This document shows positions 48,247-60,494 of a stretch of DNA of 64,000 bases, piece by piece. Under the pieces are notes generated by a model that made no database searches, was not told the DNA's origin, and saw only the letters and a list, made by a program, of their open reading frames with translations. A program made the position numbers and the translations under genes. This DNA is from Diadema antillarum (Eukaryota). Position 1 is the first letter of the stretch, and every line of letters starts with the position of its first letter. The DNA lies in NCBI RefSeq assembly GCF_040938485.1, contig NW_027271112.1, positions 1-64,000 on the forward strand. The letters run 5' to 3'.

Positions 48247-48434
48247 AATTTTAGTAAATGTAAGGTAACCCTGCTTGTATGCTGTACTGTTTTCAAATGT
48301 TCACTTCAGTCCAGTAATACAGTGTTAAAGATGTCAGCAATTTTAGCAAATGTAAGGTAACTCTGTTTGTATGCTGTACCGGTACTGTTTTCAAATGTTC
48401 ACTTCAGTCCAGTAATACAGTATTAAAGATGTCT
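48247..48434. repeat. Tandem duplication (~92-98 bp unit)
   Basis: AATTTTAGYAAATGTAAGGTAAC..AAAGATGTC twice; copy 2 carries an extra CCGGTA. Confidence 0.92.
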
Positions 48435-49190
48435 GGTACTATTTATGAATAAAAGATAAGCAAGACTGCTTGAGATTTATTACAATGGCTGTGTGGGCTA
48501 TTTCTAAATACTGGCAAGTCCATAACATATTTTTTTGAGTCCAATGTACATGTGCATAGTACTTTCCGTATGAAAGGTGTACACACTTACACTGCTGATG
48601 ATAATACTGCCATAACTATTATCCTTGTCTGATGAAAGATTTCCATGTTAATATTTAAGTGATCCATATTTGATAGAAGTGATCAATGTCAGTACCACAT
48701 TTGTACAGATACACGTACAATATACCATTATACATGTATTAATACATGTACTGAGTACTACAATCTGCTGAAAATACAAGGAGATTCTCTGAATAAGGAA
48801 TGTAACAAGAGTCTTGATTTTCTTCCCCCAAGGGTCAATATTTCTTTGTACATTAATATTCTCAAACCCTGATACAATGTGCAGTGTATGACAAAATTTC
48901 AAGATGACCATGATTTCTCATGTCCCACGGAGTTTGTTGTATTTAAAGAAGAGTCCACAAGACACATGTGGATTGCGTGAATATAGCAATATTAGTTGAA
49001 CACATCAGTGAAAGTTTGGGGAAAATCGGACAATCCATTGAGCAATTATGAATTCTTTAATTTTGGTGCTGCAATCGCATGACATCACATATGGAAAAAG
49101 ATACAATGTATGAAGAAAATATACAGAATATTCCACAAAATTTTTAATGAAAGGTACACATTTGTTTCTTTGACTTCATACTGACATTAA

Positions 49191-49733
49191 AGGACAAGTT
49201 CACCTTCATATATACACTGTATGTGGATTGAGTGAATGCAACAAAATTAGTAGAACACAGTGAAAATTTTGGGAAAATCGGACAATCGGACAAAGTTATG
49301 AGCATCTGCGCAGTCACTGCTCTACTACAGTGTCTGATATCACATGCGTACAACAATATAAGGAAAATAAAAAGAGAATTTCGCAAAACTTCACTTTTTG
49401 AATAAAGTGCACATTTCTTCAACTTGTTGCTGATGTACGTTTAATAAGGGTAATATTATTTCCCCTGCCTTCTGAAAGAGAGCAGTCCGGTATTCTTTTG
49501 TTATGCGACAAAAGTGAAAATATGTTGATTTTTTTAAATATTCTTCTTTATATCATACACATGCGATATCACAAGCTAGAGTAGTCTTTCCACCCAGCCA
49601 TGACTGAGCTGAAACTTCAAGAATTCATAACTTTTGATCGGATAGTCCGATTTTCCTCAAACTCTCAATAATGTGTTCGACTAATATTGCTGCATTCACT
49701 CAACCCACATGCCTATGAAGGTGAAATTGTCCT
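49191..49733. mobile_element. Kolobok-type MITE with intact TTAA TSDs
   Basis: TTAA|AGGACAAGTTCACCTTCATA ... TATGAAGGTGAAATTGTCCT|TTAA (19/20 TIR match). A related fragment lies at ~48945-49100. Confidence 0.85.
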
Positions 49734-52295
49734 TTAAATGTTACGGAACGGGTAATATTACAGGTGCATTTCCCCCTCTTTTCTAGAAGAGGTAAGGCAT
49801 GTGATCTTTCATTATGCTAGAAATGTGAATATATTATACTGTATGTTTAACTTCCCTTATAATTTCTTTGCCATTTTCCATATGTGACATTACAAAATGT
49901 TGTAGTCTTTTCATCCAGCAATGGCTGCATCAACACTAAAAATTTGTAACATTTCAAAAGACTGTCATATATGTTAGCAATATTTCTAAATCTCTCGATT
50001 CACTTATATTTTGGTTCCATTTTCCTTTGTTTGACACTGCTAGTGCATGCAAAAAAACAGTGCAGAAGTGTCCTTCAATGACACTATACATGTAATTATA
50101 TAAGGTGAGCTGGGTATGCATTTTAACAAGTATCAATTCTTTCTTGAGATATTATTCTGAATTTTCAGAGAAAACCTTGTCTATGGAATACTATCACAAG
50201 AAATAAAATTGACACACTATGTACTGATACCGTGTGGATTGTGTGACATTTTAAACAAGTACAATGTATATGTGTAATTGTTTTCTATATTTGTGTCATC
50301 TTAAATTGCAAAATTTTAGAAATACCAAGGATTGCATCTGAATCACCTAAATAATATTTAATATCTTACTTGAGTTTGACAATATGTGTGTTATATTTTT
50401 TCTCCCACCACCTTCCTGATTCAATTGTAACACCCACGATACAAGATGACTTTACATGCAAATTGTATAAGGTAAATTAGTTATCAATATATTTGTTCTC
50501 TCACTTCAGCAGACACAATACATTCATATATCATATGGTTTATATCTTAACTCACAAAGTCAAACATGTATACCTTCATTTTTTAATATAATTATTTCTA
50601 CTTTCTTTAGATTAAATAATGCACACACAGTCTTATCTTTAATGAGCAATGTGCCATCAATTATTGCTAATAAATTCATTGCTGTAATGCTCAATAAAAG
50701 AAAGCATGTAAGCAATAAAAAAAGGGGCAAACATGCATTACACTTAATCAAATGAAAATATGTGTAGCTATTGCAATCAAGTCAACCTGAATGTCAGATA
50801 TCAATTTAACAACATCTAATGTGCAGCGTATTTTACAAACACTTGGTGGAATACTGTTGGAGCCTTGCGGTTAGGAAGACAAGGGCCAATAGAACTGATT
50901 GGGTTCTACTAACAAATGCCATACTTTGGAGGTCTAAAGGTACACCAGCACTCAACATCATAAACACTGACAGCAACTCATTAAGTATATTAACCACTGG
51001 CACAGAATTACTCTCGATAAACATGGCAAGGTATGTCAAGTAAGCATCCTAGTTTTTGCAATATCTCTCAATTTTCTCCATTATCTTTCCAAAATATACA
51101 CTTAGTATTGGAAATATGCATGTGGATGTTACTTTAGACAGTATTTCCTAAAGTTCTTATCATTACTTTCATCACTACTAGGGTCTTCAGAATAACACCC
51201 AATTAGCATATTTTACTACCATACCTTTCTCTAATTAAATATGCTTATCATGGATTTAATGTTATTTGCCTGTCAACAGATGTCATTATCAGCAACAGTG
51301 TTGTTTTCATTCAAGAATGCCCACAAAATACCTGCATATAACAGCAACTCACTTTGTAAGTACAGCCTCAAAATATGCTGCAGACTTTGACGACACACTA
51401 CACATGTACCATTCAAGCAGCCTTAGATGGGGGGCTGGACATTTTACATCAGATGAGTGACTGAGGAATTCAGTTTTGACATACTGTATGGTACATACAG
51501 CTGAACATGTACAGTATTTCACATGAACAGTTACCTGAAATAAATGTTTTTACCCTGTCTTTGATACACCAATACTGAGGTGAAAGAATCCAACACTGCA
51601 GTCAACTTTGCAACAGTCACATCCACTTCATCCTTTGCGGATGAGCTACATGTAATTTTGCTTTAACGTGCATTTCCCATAGACACCTACCCGAGTACAC
51701 TTGGGTCGTCAGCAGGTTAATTTGTATTTCTGCATAGGGTCAAAGTAAATGTTCAAGGTACATATTACAGTTAAGCCTGTGGTGATTATGAAGTCTTATA
51801 TTGACAAAGTTGAAGCTTATGCTGAGTTTCTTGTACTACAGCTGTACTTACAACAGTACATCTTAACATATATATTTTTGGTACATTCCATTTCATTCAA
51901 CAGAGAAGGGAAATATTATTTTTTGTTTGCGGCTGCTTTTTTTTTTTATTGAAAAACTTCCACCACATCAGTGTGATGTCTTGCTGAATGAACATATTTG
52001 GGCAAAGTTTACAAAGTTTAGCAGAATATGTCATAATTTCTTCATAAACTAGACTTTGGAGTACTGTTTCATGCATTCACTCATATTTTAGATCAACCAT
52101 GCATACAGTATTTGTACTCGTAAGTATGCAGGGCCCATGACATCAAAGTCAATTACAGACGATAATTGAAAGGCCTACAAATTGAAGAAAATGCTGTAAT
52201 GGACGTATTTAAGCTCAGCACCATCGATTATCTAATATACATATCGTAATTTAGCAATTCTGCACTTCTGATTTAAACAAATGTAAACAAAAATT

Positions 52296-52703
52296 TCAAG
52301 TTCTTGTAGTTTCTGTGCTTGAAATGTTGCCAACTTGAGCTAGTCTCTTCACAATGGTCTCAAGTTCAAACAAATGGGGGTCATGACAATTGGGCACAAG
52401 CTCCCTCATCGTGGTGGCTAGGTGAAGTACATAGTCCCGGTTCTTGCCGCTGGGACCTTCTGACCTGACTATCTGATTGGCAATCTCCTCAAGAGGGGCT
52501 GGTCCCAGGAACGCTGGGTTGCCAGGGGTGGCGATGTAGACCAGGACCTGAAATGGCTCTTGGACTGACTGCTGCTCCAGCTGCAGGGGGTAGAAGGTCA
52601 GTGCTTTGGTGGTGTACCCATTTTTCTCCCTGTAGTCCAGGTACTTTTTCACAGAGGCTATGTCACTCTCTGCGACGTGGTAAGCAATTCCCCACACTTT
52701 CTC
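52296..52703 (-). CDS. CHAC2: CHAC2 terminal exon 3
   Basis: VWGIAY, YLDYREKNGY, FLGPAPLEEIA and GPSGKNRDY motifs. Full CDS 579 nt (192 aa). Confidence 0.96.
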   Translation of the reverse strand, partial: EKVWGIAYHVAESDIASVKKYLDYREKNGYTTKALTFYPLQLEQQSVQEPFQVLVYIATPGNPAFLGPAPLEEIANQIVRSEGPSGKNRDYVLHLATTMRELVPNCHDPHLFELETIVKRLAQVGNISSTETTRT

Positions 52704-53055
52704 CTGTAAAGAGATACAAAAGATCATACAAATGTGAATCTCAGCACAACTGACCATCAGATATGGAATCTCTCCCTCAACAAAGTGGACTATCAAATAT
52801 GGATTATGAATCAATGCAAGTTATGTGTATGTACAAGTGTAAATAGTAAAAAAAACAAAACACCCAACACAAAACAGAAGATAATCAGCAATACTACCAA
52901 AACACAAAACACCATTATCATAAAGAACACTAATAACCTGGATTTTTTTGTCCTATTCTTTGTGGGGGGGGGGGGGGATTCCAATGTAACAGAATTTATT
53001 GTGAAGTTCAATATGACCATCAAAAAAGCAAAAAAAAAAAGGGAAAAAAAAAAGG

Positions 53056-53398
53056 AAAGTCTTTACCATGAACACAACAGAATGCTAGGAATGGATCATA
53101 GACAGGCCTATGTGATTGTACATTGCAGTCAACACTGCACAGTTAGTTCTTTAACTGTTGCCATGGCTGAACTTTTGGTGCCTGTGAACATTACTTTCCC
53201 CATTCTCAAAAAAAGAAGTAGAGTCTTTCAATTCATTCAAAAAAGTAAAGTCTTTACCATGAACACAACAGAAAGCTAGGAATGGATCATAGAGAGGCCT
53301 ATGTGATTGTACATAGCTGTCAACACTGCACAGTAGTTCTATAACTGTTGCCATGGCTGAACTTTGGGTTCCTGTGAACATCACTTTCCCCATTCACA
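53056..53398. repeat. Tandem duplication (191-bp period) in CHAC2 intron 2
   Basis: AAAGTCTTTACCATGAACACAACAGAA at 53056 and 53247. Confidence 0.92.
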
Positions 53399-53970
53399 AA
53401 AACAAACATGTCCCCCCCCCTCCAAAAAAAAAAAAAAAAAAAAAAAAATCCTAGACAGTCAACCTCACCACAGTTGAATCTTTAAATGTATCACAGAAAA
53501 TTCGTTGACTTACATGAATTTCGACCTGCACAATAGAATTGACACATTTATATTCAACTGGGGTATTTACACTAGCTCTCCTTCCACTTAGCCAATTTCT
53601 TGACGACTTTTGCGAGTTTGATTTGGACAAGGTTGACAGTATACTATATATATATATATATATATAGTAAAGCAAATCAAATATCCTTGAACATGGCTGA
53701 CTGGTTTGAGCGAAATATCAATGTAAACCTTGGTTCTAGCAGTGCGACAGATTCCCTATGTCTGTACAAAGTCTTTCAAAAAAAAAGAAGAAGTTGATAG
53801 CAAACACTTTAAACAAAAGGGCTGCATATGACCTTGGATGATTAACACTGAGCAATTATAATATCAGAAGCAGCAGCAGAGTTGTGAACTTGGTTACTTC
53901 CTGGATAACTTGCTCCTGAGAAGAAAAAAAACAGTTAAAAACAGTTCTCAAAGTCACAGTTTAAACTTAC

Positions 53971-54006
53971 CTCTGGATTCTCCACCAAAGTAACCACTCT
54001 TCCAGG
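53971..54006 (-). CDS. CHAC2: CHAC2 exon 2 (36 nt)
   Basis: CAG|PGRVVTLVENPE|GTAAGT. Confidence 0.95.
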
Positions 54007-54160
54007 CTGCAAATGAAGATAAAATATTCATAATAGTAATACCCATATTTTTAATTGCTCTGTATGTTTTTTTTTTTTAATATGAAAGATGTTGAAAATG
54101 TATTCATACAGTCAATTACAGAATGCTTGGCACTTGGTCAACATTATCAGGTTTAACATA

Positions 54161-54374
54161 CGGTAAAACAGGATATTATTATATTCGCGGCATGAATTTT
54201 TCACGAATTGGAGCCGACAGCCTTTTTTTGCGGGATGAAATTTTCACAAACAGCAATTGGCATTAAATGCATATAGTGTAGACAAGAACTATCGTGTGCG
54301 TTTTAATTTCGCGAAACTTGGCGCTCGCAAAATTCGCGACAAGAAAGTGCATGCGAACATTCCTCGTTTTACAG
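54161..54374. mobile_element. TA-flanked MITE (family related to 33845-34084)
   Basis: TA|CGGTAAAAC ... GTTTTACAG|TA with TTCGCG motifs. Confidence 0.7.
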
Positions 54375-54853
54375 TAGGGCCTATCTATGATTTCTTTTTA
54401 AAACCATTGATGTAATACTACTAATTCACTGCAACTCATATCATTTAACCTACTTCCGGACAAGAATTAACGCCGTGCAATGCCACGCTTGTCTTTGCTT
54501 AACAGCATGCTCCATGACCAAGTTACTGAGATGTGTTAATGACATGTTGCTATTGAAACCAGGAACGGTATGACCAAAAAGCAACATTTTTGGATCATTA
54601 CTGCCGTTGGCTCCTAAACCCCTGCCTTGGATTCCCCGAAAATTGATGAAGCAAACAAGAAGCAGTTCAAATATGTATAAATTATGTGCTGGCTAGAAAG
54701 CACGATACTGACCCTTGATGATTGAGCAACTGACATATTGTTACTTTGTTAATGTTGATTATTCACATTCATGTAAACTGTAGTTGTACAGCTCGAGCTT
54801 AGGTACAAAGGGAATATTGTACATCACATACATGTATGAAAGTAGCATATGGT

Positions 54854-55138
54854 CAGAGACTCCAACTCTCCTGCTTTCGACGGGAGATCTCCCGCCGAAA
54901 GCCCATTTTTTTGCAGAATCTCCCATTCTCCCGCTTGAAATGATTTCTTACTTAATTTCATTGTATGTTGAAAAATAAGCCTTAGATAGCACGAGAGAGT
55001 ATCTAGTTAGAACCCAAGACCGCAAGGAACTCCGTGCTCGTGATGTGCGCTTTGCGCACATCAAGTTGGAGTCTCCCGTTTGCTAGGAGTTTCAGGCGGG
55101 AGAATCTCCCGATCAGGTGCTTAGGGTTGGAGTTTCTG
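54854..55138. mobile_element. MITE with CAGAGACTCCAAC TIRs and 6-bp TSD
   Basis: TATGGT|CAGAGACTCCAAC ... GTTGGAGTTTCTG|TATGGT with many CGGGAG motifs. Partial copies start at 59723 and 63893. Confidence 0.8.
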
Positions 55139-55223
55139 TATGGTAATTTACTTTATATGCTTTTCAATTTAAACTATACCGTAATGAAAACATGAATATG
55201 ATAATATATACTTTGATATGTAC

Positions 55224-55358
55224 TTTTTCTGGAACCCCACGGTGGTCCATGCTTCCCTGCCAGAACCTACGTGCATAACCTGTCACACATCCCACAACTT
55301 TCCTAGTGAAAGGAAAGTCCGTCTTCCATGTGAGTGATCCATAGCCAAAAATCCACAT
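55224..55358 (-). CDS. CHAC2: Glutathione-specific gamma-glutamylcyclotransferase CHAC2, exon 1 of 3
   Basis: [28 protein letters not shown]; 135-nt exon, donor GTACAT. Confidence 0.95.
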
Positions 55359-56029
55359 ACTGTCTAGCCTACTGAGTACTGTGGTTCGAACGAATTGCAC
55401 CTTTCACTTCAGCACTGACAAGTTCGGTTTTGCGTAGAGGTCTATATTATTATTGCTTAGAAAATCGCGAGGATTTGCGACGTGTTCATCAGGCAAAACT
55501 CAGCGATCTGCAGCAGACATGTATGACGTAAAAACTGTACGACGACACTCAAAACTGACATGTACTAGTAATCATATCGCCTATCTGTTGGGACCAAAGA
55601 GATCGGAACATTCAGTAGACAGTATACCACTGATACATCCCCAGTCCAGGCAGTGCAGTAGCAAAGCTGTCGATACCAGCGTCCAGTCCTCAGCTGGGCC
55701 GAGAGCCACCCACACAGCGCCCGGTCGGTCGCGGTCGGTCGGCGGTGCAGCTGTTCATGAAATTTGAGTTTCTATTTCCTCTCACCTCCCTGTTATGACC
55801 GATGATGCACTTTAGACTCAATTGGCCGATGAATGGTATACAGAAAAAAAAATCGCAGCAAACAATTAGAAAAGTCCTTGGTCACAATCGAAGCGGAGAT
55901 CGAGATACCTTGTACAGTACACACGCTCCGTAAACGCGCACCACATGCATACATGTATGTACTTGTACATTGTACATATCCCATCTCATGAGTTGTATAA
56001 CCAGTCATTCGTAGCTTGTAGTGATGTGT

Positions 56030-56109
56030 GTTCACCCCACAGAACTCTTACGTTCTCTTACGTTCTGTGGTTCACCCCACAGAACTCTTAAGAGTTCTGT
56101 AGTTCACCC
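56030..56109. mobile_element. Double palindromic footprint with 8-bp target present three times
   Basis: GTTCACCC|32 bp|GTTCACCC|24 bp|GTTCACCC; both inserts begin CACAGAACTCTTA. Confidence 0.65.
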
Positions 56110-56769
56110 CCGCCCCAGTGGGTGGTACTGTGGTGGTACTATGGTGGAGGTGATGCGATGATGCAGCAAGATTTCGAAAGAGTGTGCTGTGTGTGCATGC
56201 AGTGAGCAGTGGGGTTGCTGGGGGATATGACACGTGCATTCCAACGAGGAGGAAAAGAGCATCTCTCCGCGGGCATCCCTCTCGATACGAGTCACCAAGA
56301 ACTCTCCCGCCCTACCTTTTGCTAAAGGTGCCGCTCACGGGGTGCCGCTTCGGTGAATTTCTTCAGGGCTGACCAACACACATGTGAATGGAATACATTT
56401 TTTTTTTCTTTAATGGAGGGCTTCACTGAAGCGAAGCCGTTAAAAGATCATTGCACCAATTGAGCAAAAATGTATTTTCCTTCGTGAAAACGGGGAGGTG
56501 GAGAGGTCTCTGATCCCGATTTTCGCCGGCCGATGCGTCTCCATCACATCCCAAAGCCCAAAGGCATACAAAGTAAACAGAAACGGGGGTGCTGCATTAT
56601 CAATCTTACACATAATCCTATAATGATTATACAAAGGATAAGACAGGCTGATAACAGCCTTCAAGTTCAAACTTCAGTATGAATAAATTGAGTGAACGTC
56701 AAAATTCGAGGGTGTAATTACCGATGTATTGTGGAATTTTGACATCGTGCATACTAAGGCTGACGCAGT

Positions 56770-57889
56770 TTGAAAAGAAGGATGTTGTGAAATACCTTGG
56801 TGTTATAATTGATCAACAGCTGAATTGGGATATTGAGATACAATGTGTAAGAATATTGTCAAACTGGTGAAATTTCTGGGAACCAGGTGGATCTTAAAGT
56901 AAAAAAAGGGAGATTGATTGAGCACGCCTTTTGTTTGTTAATTGTGTGATTGAAGTTTTAATGTTATGTTAACCTTCTGACCTTCATTACAACACACACA
57001 CATCACTCCATTACATAAAACCCATTATCTTATAATCAATTTTTCCCCACACAGTTATGTTAATACTTGAACTTTGAAATTGATATAATACAATTTTTAT
57101 TCTCCCATTATTTGATTATGCAGATATTATTTACGGATCATCCGGCAAAACACACAGATTAACGACAAAAATTCCAAAGTAGGGCACTGAGAGTAATTCT
57201 TCGAATAAACCCTTGTAAACCGATGTTTAGAATATTAGGAAATCCATACTTTGATGAACCTTCAAACATTAGAATCCCGGCGTATAAAAGATCAGTTGTA
57301 TATACTCCATGACATTTAAGGCCATATAAATAACTTCTCTCCACGGTATAGATGTTTAGATTTTCCAATACGCCATAAAAATCTTCATTCTGTTAGTACT
57401 CTTGTTCTCCCCAAACCAAAACTCAATACTGCCTCAAATCATTCTGTTAGTTATAGAGGATCGTGTTTATATAATAACAAATTTTCAGCTTAAGTGTATT
57501 TGTATGTGTACTTTTTCTTCTTCTTCTTCTTCTTCTTCTTCTTCTTCTTCTTCTTCTTCTTCTTTTCTCTGCAGCATACATAGATGTATATATTTGTTAA
57601 ATTTATTGATTTGGCTTATTGCCATCATGGTAATAGTGTTTATATAACTGAAATGTAGTAGTGGATGCTATTTTAATTTTGTGTAGTGTAGAGTTTTGTT
57701 GATACAAGTTTGTGTGTATAATTTGAGATATACTGAGTGTGTTTTCTGCTGGACCCCTCGGTAACTGCAGCTCCACCATGAGGGCGGAGCTGAGTAGGGC
57801 CATCCAGCCGCAGTTTCACGTATTTTGTGATGATTGCATTTTTCAATAAGAAGTGATGTACATATTTTATTTTGCGGAAATAAACTCAG

Positions 57890-57936
<47 letters not shown>
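56770..57936 (+). mobile_element. Decayed CR1/L2-type LINE 3-prime fragment
   Basis: VKYLGVIIDQQLNW (~56787-56829) and KFQSRALRVIL (~57175-57210) are RT C-terminal motifs. Ends in AATAAA followed by a (TCAA)n tail (57889-57936). An internal (TTC)n lies at 57514-57563. Confidence 0.7.
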
Positions 57937-57938
<2 letters not shown>

Positions 57939-58340
57939 GATCAGGTGCAGTTCCTATGCGGGGCATGGTGAGAAATAATGTTTATCAGTATGTTGCCCAC
58001 ATCAGAAGATGAATTTGATTCACTTCAATTTTGAAAGCAAAATTCAGTGAGGTATACCTCAAAATGGCCTCTATCTATTAGTGATAGTTGTTGTTTTTTT
58101 ATCAAAGTCGGCCACCCAGTGTGCACCTAAAGACAAACATGTATAAACCATGCACACCATCCTCCAGTCCTTGTTGCCAATACATGCATCAGAACATTTC
58201 AAGCACAATGCATGGGTGTTATTACAGCGTGTGATCGAACTTTTGTTTTCATCTTTACAAAGATATAAAAGATGATTCTTTATTATTTTATCGACACAAG
58301 AGATTATATCACACTAAGCATAACACACATTAATGAGCAA

Positions 58341-58523
58341 TACTCAAAAAATCGAGTGAAAGTGTAATGTTCACTTTTGAAGGAGTGAATAACAGAAAAG
58401 TGTAAATTTTGAGTGAAAATGTTCATTTTCACTCCAATTTCACTCTAAATTCACCGTCTTTTCTGTTATCCACTCAGTCCTTCAAGAGTGAACATTTTCG
58501 CTCGATTTTTTTTTTAAGAGAGT
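58341..58523. mobile_element. Foldback MITE (long imperfect inverted repeat)
   Basis: AAAAAATCGAGTGAAA..TTGAAGGA..ATAACAGAAAAG mirrored by CTTTTCTGTTAT..TCCTTCAA..TTTCGCTCGATTTTTT. Confidence 0.7.
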
Positions 58524-59722
58524 AGGCGTATCAGGGTAATGACCGTATAGTGCCGGACACATTATAGTCTGAGAAATAATATGTTTTAAGGTACATCCAA
58601 TATTTTACGTGTGTTTGGTTTTAAATAAAAATGTGTTCTACACGTATCAATACTGATACCAGTTGAACAGCGTATATCTCTCTATGATGGGTAAGAAAAA
58701 ATAGTAGCTTATTTTCCTATAGCAAGCTGATATATTTTTGAGGGTCTGATATTTATTGATATCACTCAGGTTCTGTATGAAAGAAAATATTTACACACTG
58801 AAATAGAATATTCCATATAGACCTATAAGCTTCATGTATACTGATTTCATGATGAGAATTCTGTGTATTACTGTCACGTCTACATGATCTGCGTGAGTTT
58901 GGGTTGTTATTGTGAGTGTATTTTTGTGCGTCCGACTGCGTCCGGATGATTCAAGAATTCCGTAAAGGGGGGGGGGGGGGCGCAAATACCCACATTTTTT
59001 CTTTTTATTTCTTTTGTTTTAACAAAAGTTAAAAAGTGGTGCCCCCCTTGATCCGCCACTGCCTTATGTATCACTTCCATGCGTATAGTTTACACATATG
59101 CTCAAAATTTATCTATATACCCTTAAAACGTGCAGCTCCTGCATGGCAATTTTACATACTCCAATTTTATACGAGTAACCCTTATTTGTCAGTACACTTA
59201 TTCCCACATATCATTTCCGTTATACAAAACGTTTAATTTTAACTGAATTATATATATATGATCATAGTCAAGTCAAGTGTAAGTCAATAAGTCAATTAAT
59301 GTAGGACCTATGTAGAATGGTCATTACTGATCCAGTCCTGGACCTGGAAAGCACGGTGATGTATCCACCGGGTGGTCAACTGATGGAAAGCACACTAAAC
59401 GATATAATATGACAACTTTTTCTGCCAACAAAATGATCCTTGTAAAAATTATGCTCTTTGGAAATCATCCAGGGCTGAATGAATGTGAAGCGTGTGATTA
59501 TAAAACATCAAATATCACGAGAAAGAAAAAAGTAATGAATATATTTCACTGTGCAATCTGGACCTGTTGGTGAATGGCAAAGCAGAAAATAAGAATAACA
59601 TAAATTATATTATTGCAAGGATAAACATGAGACAACATTCATGTCTACATGATCATCCATGATCTGCGTCTTTTATATCGCCAGTATAATATGTCAGAGA
59701 AATCTGGCACTGCCCCGTGACA

Positions 59723-60060
59723 CAGAGACTCCAACCCCAAGCACCTATACTGAACCCCTAGCAAACTGGAGACTCCAACTTGATGAGCGCGAAGCGCGAA
59801 AGTCCCTTACAATTGGGTCGATAGGGTTCTCGATGCTCTAATTCAATGATTCAATCATATATTTCGGCTTAATAAAACTTCATGTCACAAGATATGCCTA
59901 TATCATACACCTGTAGATGCTATTCATGCATGCATGCCATGTGAACTAAGGCTCCCAGTATTTTTTGGGGCGTACGATGATAAATCATTACAAGCGGGAG
60001 ACACAGAGCCTGGGCGGGAGAAAGCGGGAGAACGGGAGATTTCGCGAAAATTTGAAGAGG
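59723..60060. mobile_element. Partial/diverged copy of the CAGAGACTCCAAC element (opposite orientation to 54854-55138)
   Basis: CAGAGACTCCAACCCCAAGCACCT..CTAGCAAACTGGAGACTCCAACTTGATG matches the reverse complement of ~55050-55138. Confidence 0.65.
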
Positions 60061-60335
60061 GACAGTTGAAATCAGCCATTAATTGCTTACAGAAGGCTTT
60101 ATCATGGGAAGTCAGCATTTCAGAGAAAAAGAATGTTCACTGAAAACATTTTCCCGGAAGGACGAAGGAAACGCTGCTGTATCTTTTCAGCGTTTTCCAG
60201 CAGCGCAGAGGAATCGTCCGAGCACCGGTCGTGGATCGCGCGCGAGATGCTTGAGTTCATGTACACGCCCCCAATATATACGCGCTCGTACCTGGTGATG
60301 ATGAGGAACGCGCACGTGTAACCTGCAGCGCAGCC

Positions 60336-60341
60336 ATGATG
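60336..60341 (+). CDS. SNX6: Sorting nexin-6 (SNX5/6 family), coding part of exon 1 (Met-Met)
   Basis: GCC ATG ATG|GTGGGT, the same MM first coding exon as vertebrate SNX6. CpG-rich upstream region. Confidence 0.75.
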
Positions 60342-60446
60342 GTGGGTGTACCCTCTTTGATCCACTAGAAATTATAACAACATCCTGCTAATTGTGCTCA
60401 TGACTATTGCTCTAACTGTGCTTTTCTAATCATTTTCATTTAACAG

Positions 60447-60494
60447 GACGGAATGGAAGACAGCCAAGATCTCTTGGCAGAGGATCAGGGGAAG
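60447..60494 (+). CDS. SNX6: SNX6 exon 2 (48 nt)
   Basis: DGMEDSQDLLAEDQGK resembles human EGLDDGPDFLSEEDRG. AG/GTAAGT boundaries. Confidence 0.88.
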
